Positions 13,231-25,451 of a DNA stretch of 64,000 nt are shown one piece after another. The DNA is from Haliotis cracherodii (taxonomy: Eukaryota). The DNA lies in NCBI RefSeq assembly GCF_022045235.1, contig NW_027266308.1:22382001-22446000 (forward strand). Reading direction: 5' to 3'. The notes under the pieces were generated by a model. That model had not been told where the DNA came from. It saw only the letters and a program-made list of their open reading frames with translations, and did no database searches. Each line of letters starts with the position of its first letter. Position 1 is the first letter of the stretch. Both the position numbers and the translations under genes were made by a program.

Positions 13231-14896
13231 GTATTTTGGTGGGGATAGATGCCATCCTTAATACAAGAACGGGTCACCCAAACACGCCGTATTTGTGGAA
13301 GCGTGTTTTTTCTTGTTTCCGGGCCAATTACATAAGGCCATGTCACGCGATTGAACCCAGTTAATCTTCATAGTGTCGCGAGACCTAGTCAGGAAGAAGG
13401 CCTTTGTGAGTATAATTTTTGTTACGTTAAATGAGGATCAATATGTGGAATGGATACTCTGTGTTTAAGTGTACATACGGTTTGTTTTGACGAATGTATT
13501 GTTTCGTTGTGGAAACTTGTTGCTCCTGCATGGACATGCGGTTTTCAAATCAGTCACATATGCATCACAAACTGTCGAAAAGACGGACATAGCTCTGGAC
13601 GACGGGGTCGAGTGCTTAAAGGACATGTTGGCGGTATTTTGATGAAGAAGATTTCCATCTTCTGTGGAACAATGCCGTGGTCACGATTTTATTTGACCCC
13701 GTGTCAAATAAGGCCGAGCTGACTGTACGATTTGATTTTTTGTGTGAAACGTTGCTGTGTTCACTATTCCATTTAACCTTATGAGAAACAATGCTGTTGA
13801 CTTTCATAAATATCAAAAGGGGTTGTCTTCATTTTTTAATGACTGTGCTTAGTTCTGCTTTTGAGATGTGACATGTAGAAGAGTTTATCAATGTGGAGTA
13901 AGAAGTCCCCATTGCAGCGTTGGGGGGGGGGGGGGGGGGGGCGGGGGGGGGGGCTGATAAAGTACTGCAAAATATACAGTTTTATAGGGGCGTGAAACTC
14001 TCGTACTTCGTGAGACTTGTACAAATCAGCTTGGCGTATAGGCCTTAGGCAACAAACATTATAATATCGTGCATTCGAATACTAGTATTTGCTTCGAATG
14101 AGGATGAGGATGGTGGAGTACACAGTACATTTATATCCCTATAAAGTACTGTCACTCGTCCTTTATATATAACATAGCGACATATGCTAGTATGCTAAAC
14201 ACATTGAAGCACATATATGCTACAATAGAACATATCGGTAGTTCAGCTGGCGTCTAAACATCCGGGCTGCACTATATTTAGGTCAGCTCGTACACGTCCT
14301 TCTTTCTCTCCTTCTGCTCCGCTGGGTCAGCGAGAGGGCGTTCGGCGGGTCATCTAAAGTGCAGGGTCAATGTACAAGTCACGCTGTTGCAGAACAAAAG
14401 CACGAGCCAAGTGATTGAATGAGAAGACAACTGTAATTTCCAGGACATTCATCTCCTCATTTCGTTTTGTTTTCGTCTGATGCTGTAGGTTTGTGAAATG
14501 TGTATGTGTAATGACGAACAAGCAGAGAGAGCATGGAGAGCAATCGAGTAGTATTCAACCCAGGCAGCAGAAGAAACAAAATCTACGGAATCTTGTTGGA
14601 GTCAAAATCATTGTGTTAATGAACATGATCTAAAATAGCCATCTTTTTATTTTTGCAGGTTCTTAAAGAATTGTCAGTACGAGTACTGGAACTATGAACA
14701 TGATAAGCCTGCATAGTTATTGAGGATCGGTGTATATTCGCCCCTTTAATGTTGTTTTACGCCGCTTTAGGCCATATTCAGCAATATTACAGCGGGGAAC
14801 ATCAGTACTGGGCTTCACACTTTGTACCTATTTTGCGAATATAACCCGGACTTTCGTATTAAAGGGAACTTTTGAACCCCTAGGCTGCTCCATATC

Positions 14897-17800
14897 ATGC
14901 CAGTGATAGTGACACGTGTGGAGATGGATGACGAGCCATTGGTTGATGTACCAACAACCACTAGAGGGACCAGAACAAACGTACGGAACCTCATTGTCGT
15001 CAACATCATCGTGGGTGTACTGACGTGTTCTACGAAGATATATGAACCTGTGATAGGGCAGTACGTGTACCACAGAGTTGCTGATGAGGTGTTTGGAAAC
15101 GACAGTCGTATAAAGAACTACAGTGTTCTGGCCCCATGTTTCCAGAATACATCCGACCCTGGGTATGTTCTGGTGCAGACACTCCAGGAACGATCATCCT
15201 CCGTTATGTGGCATTTCTCTCTTGTCGGAGGGCTCATTGCAAGTGTAGTTAACATAGGGGTCGGATCATATTCAGACGTTGTCGGCAGAAAGTTTATCTT
15301 CATAACATGCATGCTAGGCCAACTTTTGAGGAATGCCATAACATCTGTGATAATCGGGCTTCATCTCAGCATAGACTACTTCTACATTGTGTCAAGTGTT
15401 GACGGGTTGTTCGGGGGTTCGTGGGGCTTGCTGCTGCTAGCATATGCCTACATCGCCGACAACACCCCTCCACTACAGATTCGGTCGTTTGGAATATTAC
15501 TCTTAGAGTGCATGAATGCTTTAGCTGAAGCAGCAGCATCAACTGCAGCAGGATATTTTATCGTACGTTCAGGATTCTTCTACCCTTCACTCTTAGCATG
15601 TTGCGTGACGGTCTTTGGGATATTTCTAGTGGCAGTATGTTTAACAGAAACTGTGGTGAATACAAATACCAACCAGAGCAGGTGTTCGTACATCTTCAAC
15701 GTGTATTACCTGTTCATAAAGGAAGGACGTCGACGTCAACGCCTCCTGCTGTGGGTCGGCTTGGGCGCCTTTTTCTTCTCGGTCATCAGCACATCCTCAG
15801 AGATCAACGTGGACCTCTTGTTTCTGATGAACCAGCCTTTCTGTTGGAGCCCGTTCCAGAACGGCATATACGATACAGTGAGCACTGTGGTTCGGCGTAC
15901 TGTAGGGGCAGGTGTGGTGAAAGGCCTGCAGAGGTGTATATCCGATGAAGTGTTGGGAGTGTTGGGGTCTGTGTTTGTCATACTCGGGGACATCGTCTTC
16001 AGTATAGCAACTTCAGGCTGGATGTTGTACCTCGCATGTAAGTTTTCATTAATTAACTATAATGAAAAGAAAATACCAAATGAATGTTTCAAAGTTCTTC
16101 ACGAAAGATCAGACTATGTCAGAATTCATCAATTTTACATGAATTTTTTTTTTCATTTTATATAATATTACTCAAACAGCGACATGTATTTCTTACAGTG
16201 TTACTTATTTCAGCAATTACCGACCAGGGTGCCGTTGTACAAAGCGATTTTAGCGCTAAGGTGATCGTAACTCCCATACCTTAACATGGACTTACGACCG
16301 TCGTAGCGCTAAGGTTGTTTTTGTACAACACCCTGGTCACGATCACGCTGAAACAGATATCACGTGGTTTCATTTGCCATAAATGTGTACAAGATGTACA
16401 TTTTGTTATATCAGATCAATTTCGATAAACCTGAACATTCATTTTATAGACCTACAGTTTTCAAATGACGTGTTTTTGTTCCAGTTCCAGGGATAGGTCT
16501 CATTGGTTTCCTGGTGTCGCCTATTGCTCGCGGCATTATGTCCAAGTTAGTTCCACCTCAAAGGCATGGTAGGTATTTGGTCGTCTGCCTTTGTCATCTG
16601 TATATCTATGGTTCTATTGTTCTGGACTCTTGTCGAACTTGTTATCACCCCGCATATCCATCCACCACATCGAAGTGCATTTCAATATGAGTGTGTAAAC
16701 GAGACTTTCCGGCAACAACACGCGAGCTGTTTCATTATGCGTGTGAAACTGAGATTGAGACGAGCCGTATAAAACCTAACGAGGTACGCAGAAAACCACA
16801 TGTACCCCGAGTGATACGGCTACAACGAATTTATCTTACCGACACGTTTTAATATGCCGTTGAAAAAGAATGAAGAGAAACTAAAAATTGTAGAAAAACT
16901 TCTGTTCGGTTGAGGTGAGGTTAACTTATGCTATGTCACACAACTTCATTGACTCGGAAAAAACGTGCGACTTTTTGCTTCGAAGCGGGGTATAAGGGAT
17001 TGTTTCTCCCGCTCAGGAATCCACGTGCAGTCTGTTTTGTGGCGGGACATATGGGATTTATTCTCCCGCTCAGAAATCCATTTCCCTCCAAGGCGGTATA
17101 GATAAATATATAGTATTTTATCAAGATCACGTGAACCAATCAGATCTCATCATTAGGTATGAAAAAGAACGTTATACATGCAACATAAATCAATATTGTT
17201 ATTGTCAAAGTATGATTACAGACAGTGATTACATACAGGGAGAGTACAGTTTCAGTATGCGTAGGAATCTATTTTATATAATATTATCTATTTTTATATT
17301 ACCATTCCCATGTCCCAATGTCATGTTTCATCCCAAACTGGCTTAGTTAGATCATGCTGTGGCTCTTGGAAGATATCGTTTAAATGAAATTGCATGGCAA
17401 TACTTTGCAGAACATTATGAAGTCATCAGTTTCTGTGACGTCACACGCAAATGACATCCCAAATCTCTGCCATTAAAGCACATTTTTAAACTCAAGACGC
17501 TCCATGCGTTCGAGTAATAAAATTAGAGTGAACTGAGTCAATCTGAGTTACGACATTTATGGCAACTAGGGTTGACTAGATTCAAATAATTTGCATTATT
17601 GATTTTCCGTAACAGTATATCAAAACATACATATGTTATCAGTACCTGGTTAATTGTATTGATTAAAATGTTTATATTCATGACTGAATCTATAAACAAA
17701 TTAGCTTTAACGATGACATCACTAGGTTATTACCAAGCAGAATACCGGACACCAGAGGTTCAGTTGGAATAGGCAATTTAGGTCACTCGAAGTATGCCGT

Positions 17801-18822
17801 AAATCAGTGAACATGACCTAACATTGGTCAACCAATGTTAACTTCGGTTCACCTGAGACATACAGGGTTTTTAAATCGAATGCAAGCACTGTTTTTTGGC
17901 TGTTCGTAAACTGATATATATGGAAGAATACTTTTGGACGATAAATAGACTCTCACCCTTGTGTTTCATACATGTAGTCATACTTAAAACAAAGTAACGT
18001 GAACTTTAATGATAGTTGGATAGACGCAATCATTTTGCTAACACTCCAATAGGTTGAATATGGGTACTAAATCGTCCCATAGTCTTTCTTCAAAGGTTCC
18101 CCTCCCGTAGTTAAACAAGAGCGGTCACCCTCCCATAGTATAGCACAGTATAGCGTATATCACTTGAAGATTAGTTTGGGACATTAACTTGATCGAACTT
18201 TGTTTTAAGTAGGAGAAAGTCCGAAATCTCGCGATTATTTTCGCACGTGAAACTTGTTCTCGGCCTAACGGCCTCGAACAAGCTTCACGTGCGAAATTAA
18301 TCGCGAGATTTCGGACATTCTCATATACATATTTCCCACTGCAGGTGCTGTATTTGCGAGTCTGGCGGTGGTGGAGTCACTCAGCAGTGCGTTAGGTGCT
18401 GTCACCTTCAATAACATCTACACGGCTTCTGTGGCTGTCTGGGGTGGAGCGGTATATGCTGCAATGGCAGCATCCCACTTCTTAGCTCTGTGGTTCTTTC
18501 TGTAAGTGCTGTAACATTTCAGACAGGAAAGTTTCGCAGTGAAATCCACAATTCATAAAGAATCCTTTGTACAAATTTTCTAAATAACCGCATACAAAAC
18601 TAGACTATATTACACAAACCGACATGCTACGCTAATTCATCAACAAATACTGGTTTACAAAATAGTCCAAGTTATTCAAGGAAGTACCTAATCAAACGAT
18701 TACAGTGCCACTAATCCTGCCTTTTCAGTCGGAAATTCAGAACAGTTGTGAAATGTTTTTTCTTTTCTTGCAGTGCATTCAGGTTGCTGAACAAGGACGG
18801 TATACCATTTGAAACAACATGA
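14897..18822 (+). CDS. SLC46-family MFS transporter, paralog 2 (~476 aa; ATG 14924 is an alternative start); exons 14897-16037, 16485-16568, 18345-18501, 18774-18822
   Basis: MDDEPLV, GSYSDVVGRK, AYIADNTP, PFCWS; GT-AG junctions; 84/157-bp exons; open to TGA. Confidence 0.9.
16222..16338. mobile_element. Short foldback MITE in paralog 2 intron 1
   Basis: Imperfect inverted arms GACCAGGGTG..TTGTACAAA..TTAGCGCTA..CGTAA. Confidence 0.65.
18213..18322. repeat. 110-bp near-perfect palindrome (MITE-like) just upstream of the paralog 2 exon 3 acceptor
   Basis: 53-bp arms with 5 mismatches and a 4-nt loop (TAAC); TA just outside both ends. Confidence 0.9.
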
Positions 18823-19027
18823 ATAGCAAATGACAAGGGTTGCCATCATAAGCGTCAGTCGTGTCACATGTTGAATACAGTCGTATACCGGCGTGTAACT
18901 CGGCTGCACACACTTGCATCATCATGCTGTCATTTTCTGTAACTTCTTGTAGATTTTCTGAGAATAGATTGAATATACGTTCTCATTTGATAAATGAATC
19001 ACTACAGAAAGCTTTGCTTTGCCAATT

Positions 19028-19188
19028 GGGTGATAGACATGCAGTGTTTCAATGTAGATCTGTGTCAATAAGCATTAACCGCGCTAAGCTGAATTTCGAA
19101 CCGAACGCGCAGTTAATGTTTAATTTAGCGAGTTTAAAACCAACAGGTAATCTAGCTCTACATTGAAAACACAGTAGGTTTATCACCA
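19028..19188. repeat. Degenerate inverted repeat (MITE-like) downstream of the paralog 2 stop
   Basis: Arms GGTGATAGACATGCAGTGTTTCAATGTAGA / TCTACATTGAAAACACAGTAGGTTTATCACC. Confidence 0.55.
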
Positions 19189-20160
19189 TTCCACCATGAC
19201 AAAATTAAACGCAGATTCTTGGATGTTAACCGCTTGAGTTAAATTTTCACACATTTTATTTATGACGTTATACCGTTCATTGTGATCGATGCAGAAAATA
19301 TATCACATTTGTCTATAGAAAAGCGCCACATTTCAAGCTCGCTGTTGTCTTTATATATACCTAAATCTTTATACACACTTACTGCCCAAAATGTATTATA
19401 ATAATCATCGTAACTCTTCATCTGTAACTTATAATTGTACATTTCATGATTTAAAAATGTCTACCGGGAATAACCGAAAGAGAAGACCTTTTCTATAGAT
19501 ATATATTCGGGTGTCATTGTGATTTGATACCTTTGTTACATTGAGTAACTTCCAAATCAAATGTATATATGGTATTGAATAAAAATATACAATGCAATAT
19601 TACAATGTGTCAATTTCTTATTATTTAATTAAAACAACATATCACGTTCGGGGCCAAGTATAACGAACAAACCATTGTACAGGTTTAAATTGCCCCGAGG
19701 ATGTAACTTACGTGTAGGTATATAAACTTTACTTCTCATGAAATGTAAAGTTAAACATCTGTAGTCATGTGATTGGCTGAACAACTATAACTTTATCATG
19801 CGCGACGAAACCTGATGGACGTGTTACAACAGACACGTGTTGTTCCGCCATAATCCAAGTTTGTTTATAAATAGCATACAGCTTAAATACGGGACAAAGA
19901 AACGCTTAGTCACCCGGTTGTATAATTCACGGCTATTTCCGTGTCGTTACCTACCACTAAACACACACAAACACACATGTATTGACGCAAGTAAGATTCG
20001 AATGTTGATTCATAGGAGACGAGTTGCGCTAAAATCTAGTTGGTAATATAGCAACTTCTCTATACATAAACATTGCCGTCTTGAGCCGTGATGCCTCGAT
20101 CCCAACTGAAATCACTTTATTGAGGTCACATGATTGAGGTCCCATTGGGTGAACGATCAG

Positions 20161-20410
20161 TATATAAGCCCGCGACTCGTGGATGGATCAATACAACCAC
20201 CGAGGCATGGACACTATTAGCTCTGACTGACAAACAACCAGGATATTTATGAAAAGACATCAAGCGGGACACCGCTTGACCTGGACTCCCAGGCAGGAGG
20301 GACAGGTGAACAGTGATAAGACAGGCGTGTATTTAGCCCAGGTATGGTTGTATTTATAGCGACAGTCATGTGAGTGTGTTATTTTGTATTCATTAACTAA
20401 AGCCTGTCAG
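20161..20410 (+). promoter_or_regulatory. Candidate TATA box, non-coding first exon and short 5'-UTR intron (20342-20410) of paralog 3
   Basis: TATATAAG at 20161; CAG|GTATGG donor at 20341/20342; CCTGTCAG acceptor 7 nt before the ATG. Motif evidence only. Confidence 0.4.
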
Positions 20411-20417
20411 TGTCAGC

Positions 20418-23400
20418 ATGGAGGACGAACCGCTACTACCGTCCCATGACGGGGAAAGCCGTAGCGGAGAGAAATCCATCGTCAAGAATCTCCTTTTTCT
20501 TAATTTGGTGATGTTCATATTAACGCTTTCAGGCAGCCTATTTATGCCTGTGATGAGTCAGTATTTGTACCATCGTGTATCAGAGGATGTATTCAACCAC
20601 ACTCTTGTCAACATGACCACAACACAACCCTGTTACCGGAACACCTCGAGCCCCGATTATATGCTGCAGGAGAAGGCTCAGCAGGTCACTGCTGAAAAAC
20701 AATTGCAATTCACGATGTTGAAAAGTGCCCTGGCTATCTTCAGTAACATCATGCTGGGTGCTTATTCCGATTCTATTGGTCGAAAGTTCCTGTTTGTTAC
20801 GCCAATGACAGGGCAACTGATAAGAAGCGCCTTCACAACAGTTATCATAGGATGTAGGCTGGACTTGAACTTGTTCTTCCTGTCTGAAGGCATAGATGGT
20901 CTCCTGGGAAGTTATTACGGCATCCTACTCGCGTCCTATACATACACCGCCGATAACACGCCGGCTACAGGTTCCCGTACCATCGGCATCGCTGTCGTCG
21001 ACCTCACCGAGTTCCTAGCCACCTCTCTCATCTCCATAGCCAGCGGATACTTCATCCAGGATGTGAACTTCTTCTACCCAGCTCTCACTGCCACGCTGGT
21101 GTGCATGGTGGCCCTCCTCATAGTCACACTATTCCTTCCGACAAGCACATATCATGTTAGAGATACGGGCTCGACATGTATGAATCCAGTGGAAGGTCTG
21201 AAAAGAGTGTTTGGGTTTTATGTTTTCGACAACAGCGCCTTAAAGAAAGCGTGTTTCATCCTTATTTTGCTTTCCTTTGTGTTTAATGTCATCAGTTCTG
21301 TTGGAGGCTCCAACATCGACACTTTGTTTCTCCTGAATGCACCGTTTTGCTGGACTCCAGAGAAACTTGCATATTACGTCACAGCCTTCACTGTGTTATG
21401 TCCGCTGATAGGAGTGCCCTTAACCAGGCTGTTTCAAGTGTGCCTGATTGACGAGATCATTGCCGTGATTGCAACATCTGCAACCGTCGCAAGCGATGTC
21501 ATACACTCATTTGCGTCGACGGACACCATGATGTATATAGGTGAGTGTCGATTTAATCACGGTTATGCTATTAGAAGTGGTCTTATTATGATAATGACTA
21601 TTATGCCGTATTTTTGACGTCCACCGACGTTGTATTGCTGAAATATTTTTTAAAAACTCACTCACGCACTATAAGTGCAGTAAAGAGTTAAGAAAAACGC
21701 TGATTCCTTAGGGTTCGTTCAGTTGTAGCCTACACAACGAATCAATCAATGTGTGATAAATATTACAACACTGACTATATACAGTGCATACACTTGTTGC
21801 AGTCGTCGGGGTGACGTCAATCGGCAGCACGCTTTCAGGGATCACCCGAGCCATCATGTCCCGCATGGCGCCACCCAACAGACAAGGTAAGACACACCAT
21901 GAGACCGACAGTACTGAAACAGGTCACTGTTCGTCAGTATAGCTGTACTATTGCTACAGGTCACTGTTCGTCAGTATAGCTGTACTATTGCTACAGGTCA
22001 CTGTTCGCCAGTATAGCTGTACTATTGCTACAGGTCACTGTTCATCAGTATAGCTGTACTATTGTTACATGTCATTGTTCGCCAGTATAGCTATACTATT
22101 GTTACATGTCACTGTTCGCCAGCATCGCTGTACCATTGTTACATATTCCCTGTCAGTCAGTATAGCTTTGCTATTGTTTCATGTTCTTAGTTTGTCAATA
22201 TTGCTTTACTATTGTTACATGTTCCTAGTTCGCCTGTAGAGCTGTATTATTGTTCCAGGGTCACTGTTCGCCAGTATAGCTGTATTATTGTTTAAGGGTC
22301 ACTGTTCGCCAGTATAGCTGTATTATTGTTCCAGGGTCACTGTTCGCCAGTATAGCTGTACTATTGTTTAAGGGTCACTGTTCGCCTGCATAGCTGTACT
22401 ATTGTTCCAGGGTCACTGTTCGCCAGTATAGTTGTATTATTGTTCCAGGGTCACTGTTCGCCAGTATAGCTGTACTATTGTTCCAGGGTCACTGTTCGCC
22501 AGTATAGCTGTATTATTGTTCCAGGGTCACTGTTCGCCAGTATAGCTGTACTATTGTTCCAGGGTCACTGTTCGCCAGTATAGCTGTACTATTGTTCCAG
22601 GGTCACTGTTCGCCTGTATAGCTGTACTATTGTTCCAGGGTCACTGTTCGCCAGTATCGCGGTGGTGGAGACGATCTGCTCCCTGGTTGGCTCTCCCTTG
22701 TTCAGCAGGGTCTACCAGGGCACGGTTGTCATTTGGCGAGGCCTGGTCTTCATTGTCATGGCTGGAATGCATGTTGTCGCTGCCGTCATTCTCGTGTAAG
22801 TATCTCAAAATGTCAGCTACTTACGAACAAAGTAAAACTAATTATGTAATGTGCAAGTGAATATCGATAAACGCCGCACCAGCAACATTACAGCTACATT
22901 CGCGGAAACTTGACATATGTCATAATTTGAAGAAATTATTACAGCTACACTCGCGGAAACTTGACATATGTCATAATGTAAAGAGATTATTACAGCTACA
23001 TTCGCGGAAACTTGACATATGTCATAATGTAAAGAGATTATTACAGCTACATTCGCGGAAACTTGACATATGTCATAATGTAAAGAGATAATTATTGCTA
23101 CTCTCGCGGAAACTTGACATATGTCATAATGTAAAGATATTATTACAGCTACACTCGCGGAAACTTGACATATGTCATCATGTAAAGAGATTATTACAGC
23201 TACATTCGCGGAAACTTGACATATGTCATAATGTAAAGAGATTATTACAGCTACACTTGCGGAAACTTGACATATGTCATAATGTAAAGAGATTATTACA
23301 GCTACATTCGCGGAAACTTGACATATGTCATAATGTAAAGAGATAATTACAGCTACACTCGCGGAAACTTGACATATGTTATAATGTAAAGAGATTATTA

Positions 23401-24273
23401 CAGCTACACTCGCGGAAACTTGACATATGTCATAATGTAAAGATATTATTACAGCTACTCTCGCGGAAACTTGACATATGTCATCATGTAAAGAGATTAT
23501 TACAGCTACATTCGCGGAAACTTGACATATGTCATAATGTAAAGAGATTATTACAGCTACACTCGCGACAGGTTGACATATGTCATAATGTAAAGAGATT
23601 ATTACAGCTACACTTGCGGAAATTTGACATATGTCATCATGTAAAGAGATTATTACAGCTACACTCGCGGAAACTTGACATATGTCATAATGTAAAGAGA
23701 TTATTACAGCTACACTAGCGGAAACTTGACATATGTCATAATGTAAAGAGATTATTACAGCTACACTCGCGGAAACTTAACATATGTCATCATGTAAAGA
23801 GATAATTACAGCTACACTTGCGGAAACTTGACATATGTCATAATGTAAAGAGATTATTACAGCTACACTCGCGGAAATTTGACATATGTCATAATGTAAA
23901 GAGATTATTACAGCTACATTCGCGGAAACTTGACATATGTCATAATGTAAAGAGATAATCATTTTTACAGCTACACTTTCGGGAACTTGTCATATGTCAT
24001 AATGTATTTAGATATGGATACAATAAAGTACGATGCCTTTTAACACAAAACAATCAGCATCAATTTGAAATGTTGCCCACATATACAAATGTGAACTTTC
24101 AAAGGAATCAAACAAAGATTATCATATTACGAAATGATAAGATATAGAAATATATAACAAATGCCAATATCTCTCCCAGGGTATTCATCTTTGTATCTCG
24201 GCCAGTGAGGGAAGAACAGAAGAGGATCAGGGCATTGAATGTTCAGGAGACGGAGGAGGACACGAGGAGCTAA
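20418..24273 (+). CDS. SLC46-family MFS transporter, paralog 3 (~485 aa); exons 20418-21540, 21803-21886, 22639-22795, 24180-24273
   Basis: MEDEPLL, GAYSDSIGRK, TYTADNTP, PFCWT; GT-AG junctions; 84/157-bp exons; open to TAA. Confidence 0.9.
21919..22660 (+). repeat. Tandem array (~20 x 37-38 bp) of the intron 2 acceptor plus exon 3 start of paralog 3
   Basis: Unit TACTATTGTTCCAG|GGTCACTGTTCGCCAGTATAGCTG; the last copy is the real exon 3 start (GSLFASIA). Confidence 0.95.
22887..24005. repeat. 51-bp minisatellite, ~22 units, in paralog 3 intron 3
   Basis: Unit ATTATTACAGCTACACTCGCGGAAACTTGACATATGTCATAATGTAAAGAG; 17-aa period in the ORF track. Confidence 0.95.
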
Positions 24274-24545
24274 TCCAACAGGTCATCCAGTGCTGGAAGA
24301 GATCGGAAATTCTGACAAATTATGAGGCACGCGTGACTCATAAGAGATACCGCATTTCGCTGTTCAGAGTTGTGTTCTTTAGGCTTGCGAGAACCCTATG
24401 ATCATGGGTTCGAATCTCAGATACGCCCTAATTATGTTTATGGTTTGTCAGCATCATACCCGTGCTTGTGAATTTCAAATAAGTGGTAGACATCTTAGAT
24501 CTGCGTGGATTTTCCTCCCACCTAAAGCTGACACCCTGTTATATA

Positions 24546-25451
24546 TACAATCGAACCTCGCTTGTCCGGACACTTGCGTTTTCTCAAATAATGTCCGGAT
24601 TATACGAGTTTCGATTGCCATATAATAATCAAACCACAACAAATATCACTATGAACGAGTCAGAATTTGGCATTTATTATATATGTATCCATTTTATGAC
24701 GTTGTTTCAAGGCGTGAATAACGGTAGTCTGACCACGATTCTATAAATATTGGTGCGATCTGCCAATCAGTTCACACACGATTTGTCCGAAAGTAATACA
24801 CTGTGATCCCACATGACACCAGCCCCTTTGACGTCGGAGGCGGGACGGTGAATTGCAAAACAAACATAATCAAGAGTGGTCAGGGGCGGTTAAGTAGCTT
24901 AGTGGTCAAAGCGTTGGCTCGTCACGACGAAGGCCTGGGTTTGATTCCCTACGTCAATTATTAAACCTCATTTCTGGTGTCCCCCGCCGTGATCTTGCTG
25001 GAATATTGCTAACGGCGACGTAAATCCACACTCACCCAAGAGTGGTCGCTGTCCGGTAAGTGGGACACAATGGTGTGTATTTTCACTGTTGGCAGTTGTG
25101 ACCCCGAGGAGAAAACAGACCTCAAGGGTGCCAGGATTAAATTGTGCGATGACGTCATAAAGACGTTTGACGTCAACTTACTTCAGTGAAGATCGATATG
25201 TGTGATGTTTCCCCTTCATAAATATGAATTGAAGCTTGTGAATTGTATTTTTGTGTTCCGAAGGTGCTGTAGTTTTAAAATAAAATTAAAAGTCAAAATG
25301 TGATTTTTCACCCATAAGGTCCCTTATCTCATGGTTGGTCACAATTGCATTTCACTTTCCGAGTAAATGAAGCATTTTATGTAGTATAGATCGTTTCACG
25401 TAAATACCGTCTCCGGACATGTGTGGTCCGGCTAAGTGGGACTTCACTGTA
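24546..25451. mobile_element. Degenerate TA-flanked Tc1/mariner-type MITE; homologous copy at ~32272-33356
   Basis: Ends TACAATCGAACCTCGCTTGTCCGGAC / GTCCGGCTAAGTGGGACTTCACTGTA are imperfect inverted repeats. Confidence 0.5.
24882..25036 (+). mobile_element. Short tRNA-derived SINE
   Basis: 11-bp TSD CAAGAGTGGTC (24871-24881, 25037-25047); A box TAGCTTAGTGG and B box GGTTTGATTCC; empty site in the homologous block at ~33110-33150. Confidence 0.85.

Noticed and set aside
12336-13248. Short repetitive ORFs on both strands
   Set aside because: Translations of the 26-27-bp minisatellite.
21919-24005. CRISPR-like arrays
   Set aside because: Head-to-tail units with no unique spacers, no cas genes, eukaryotic intronic context.
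24882-24960. tRNA gene (also 5560-5630 and 43170-43221)
   Set aside because: A/B boxes without a full cloverleaf, plus SINE tails and TSDs.
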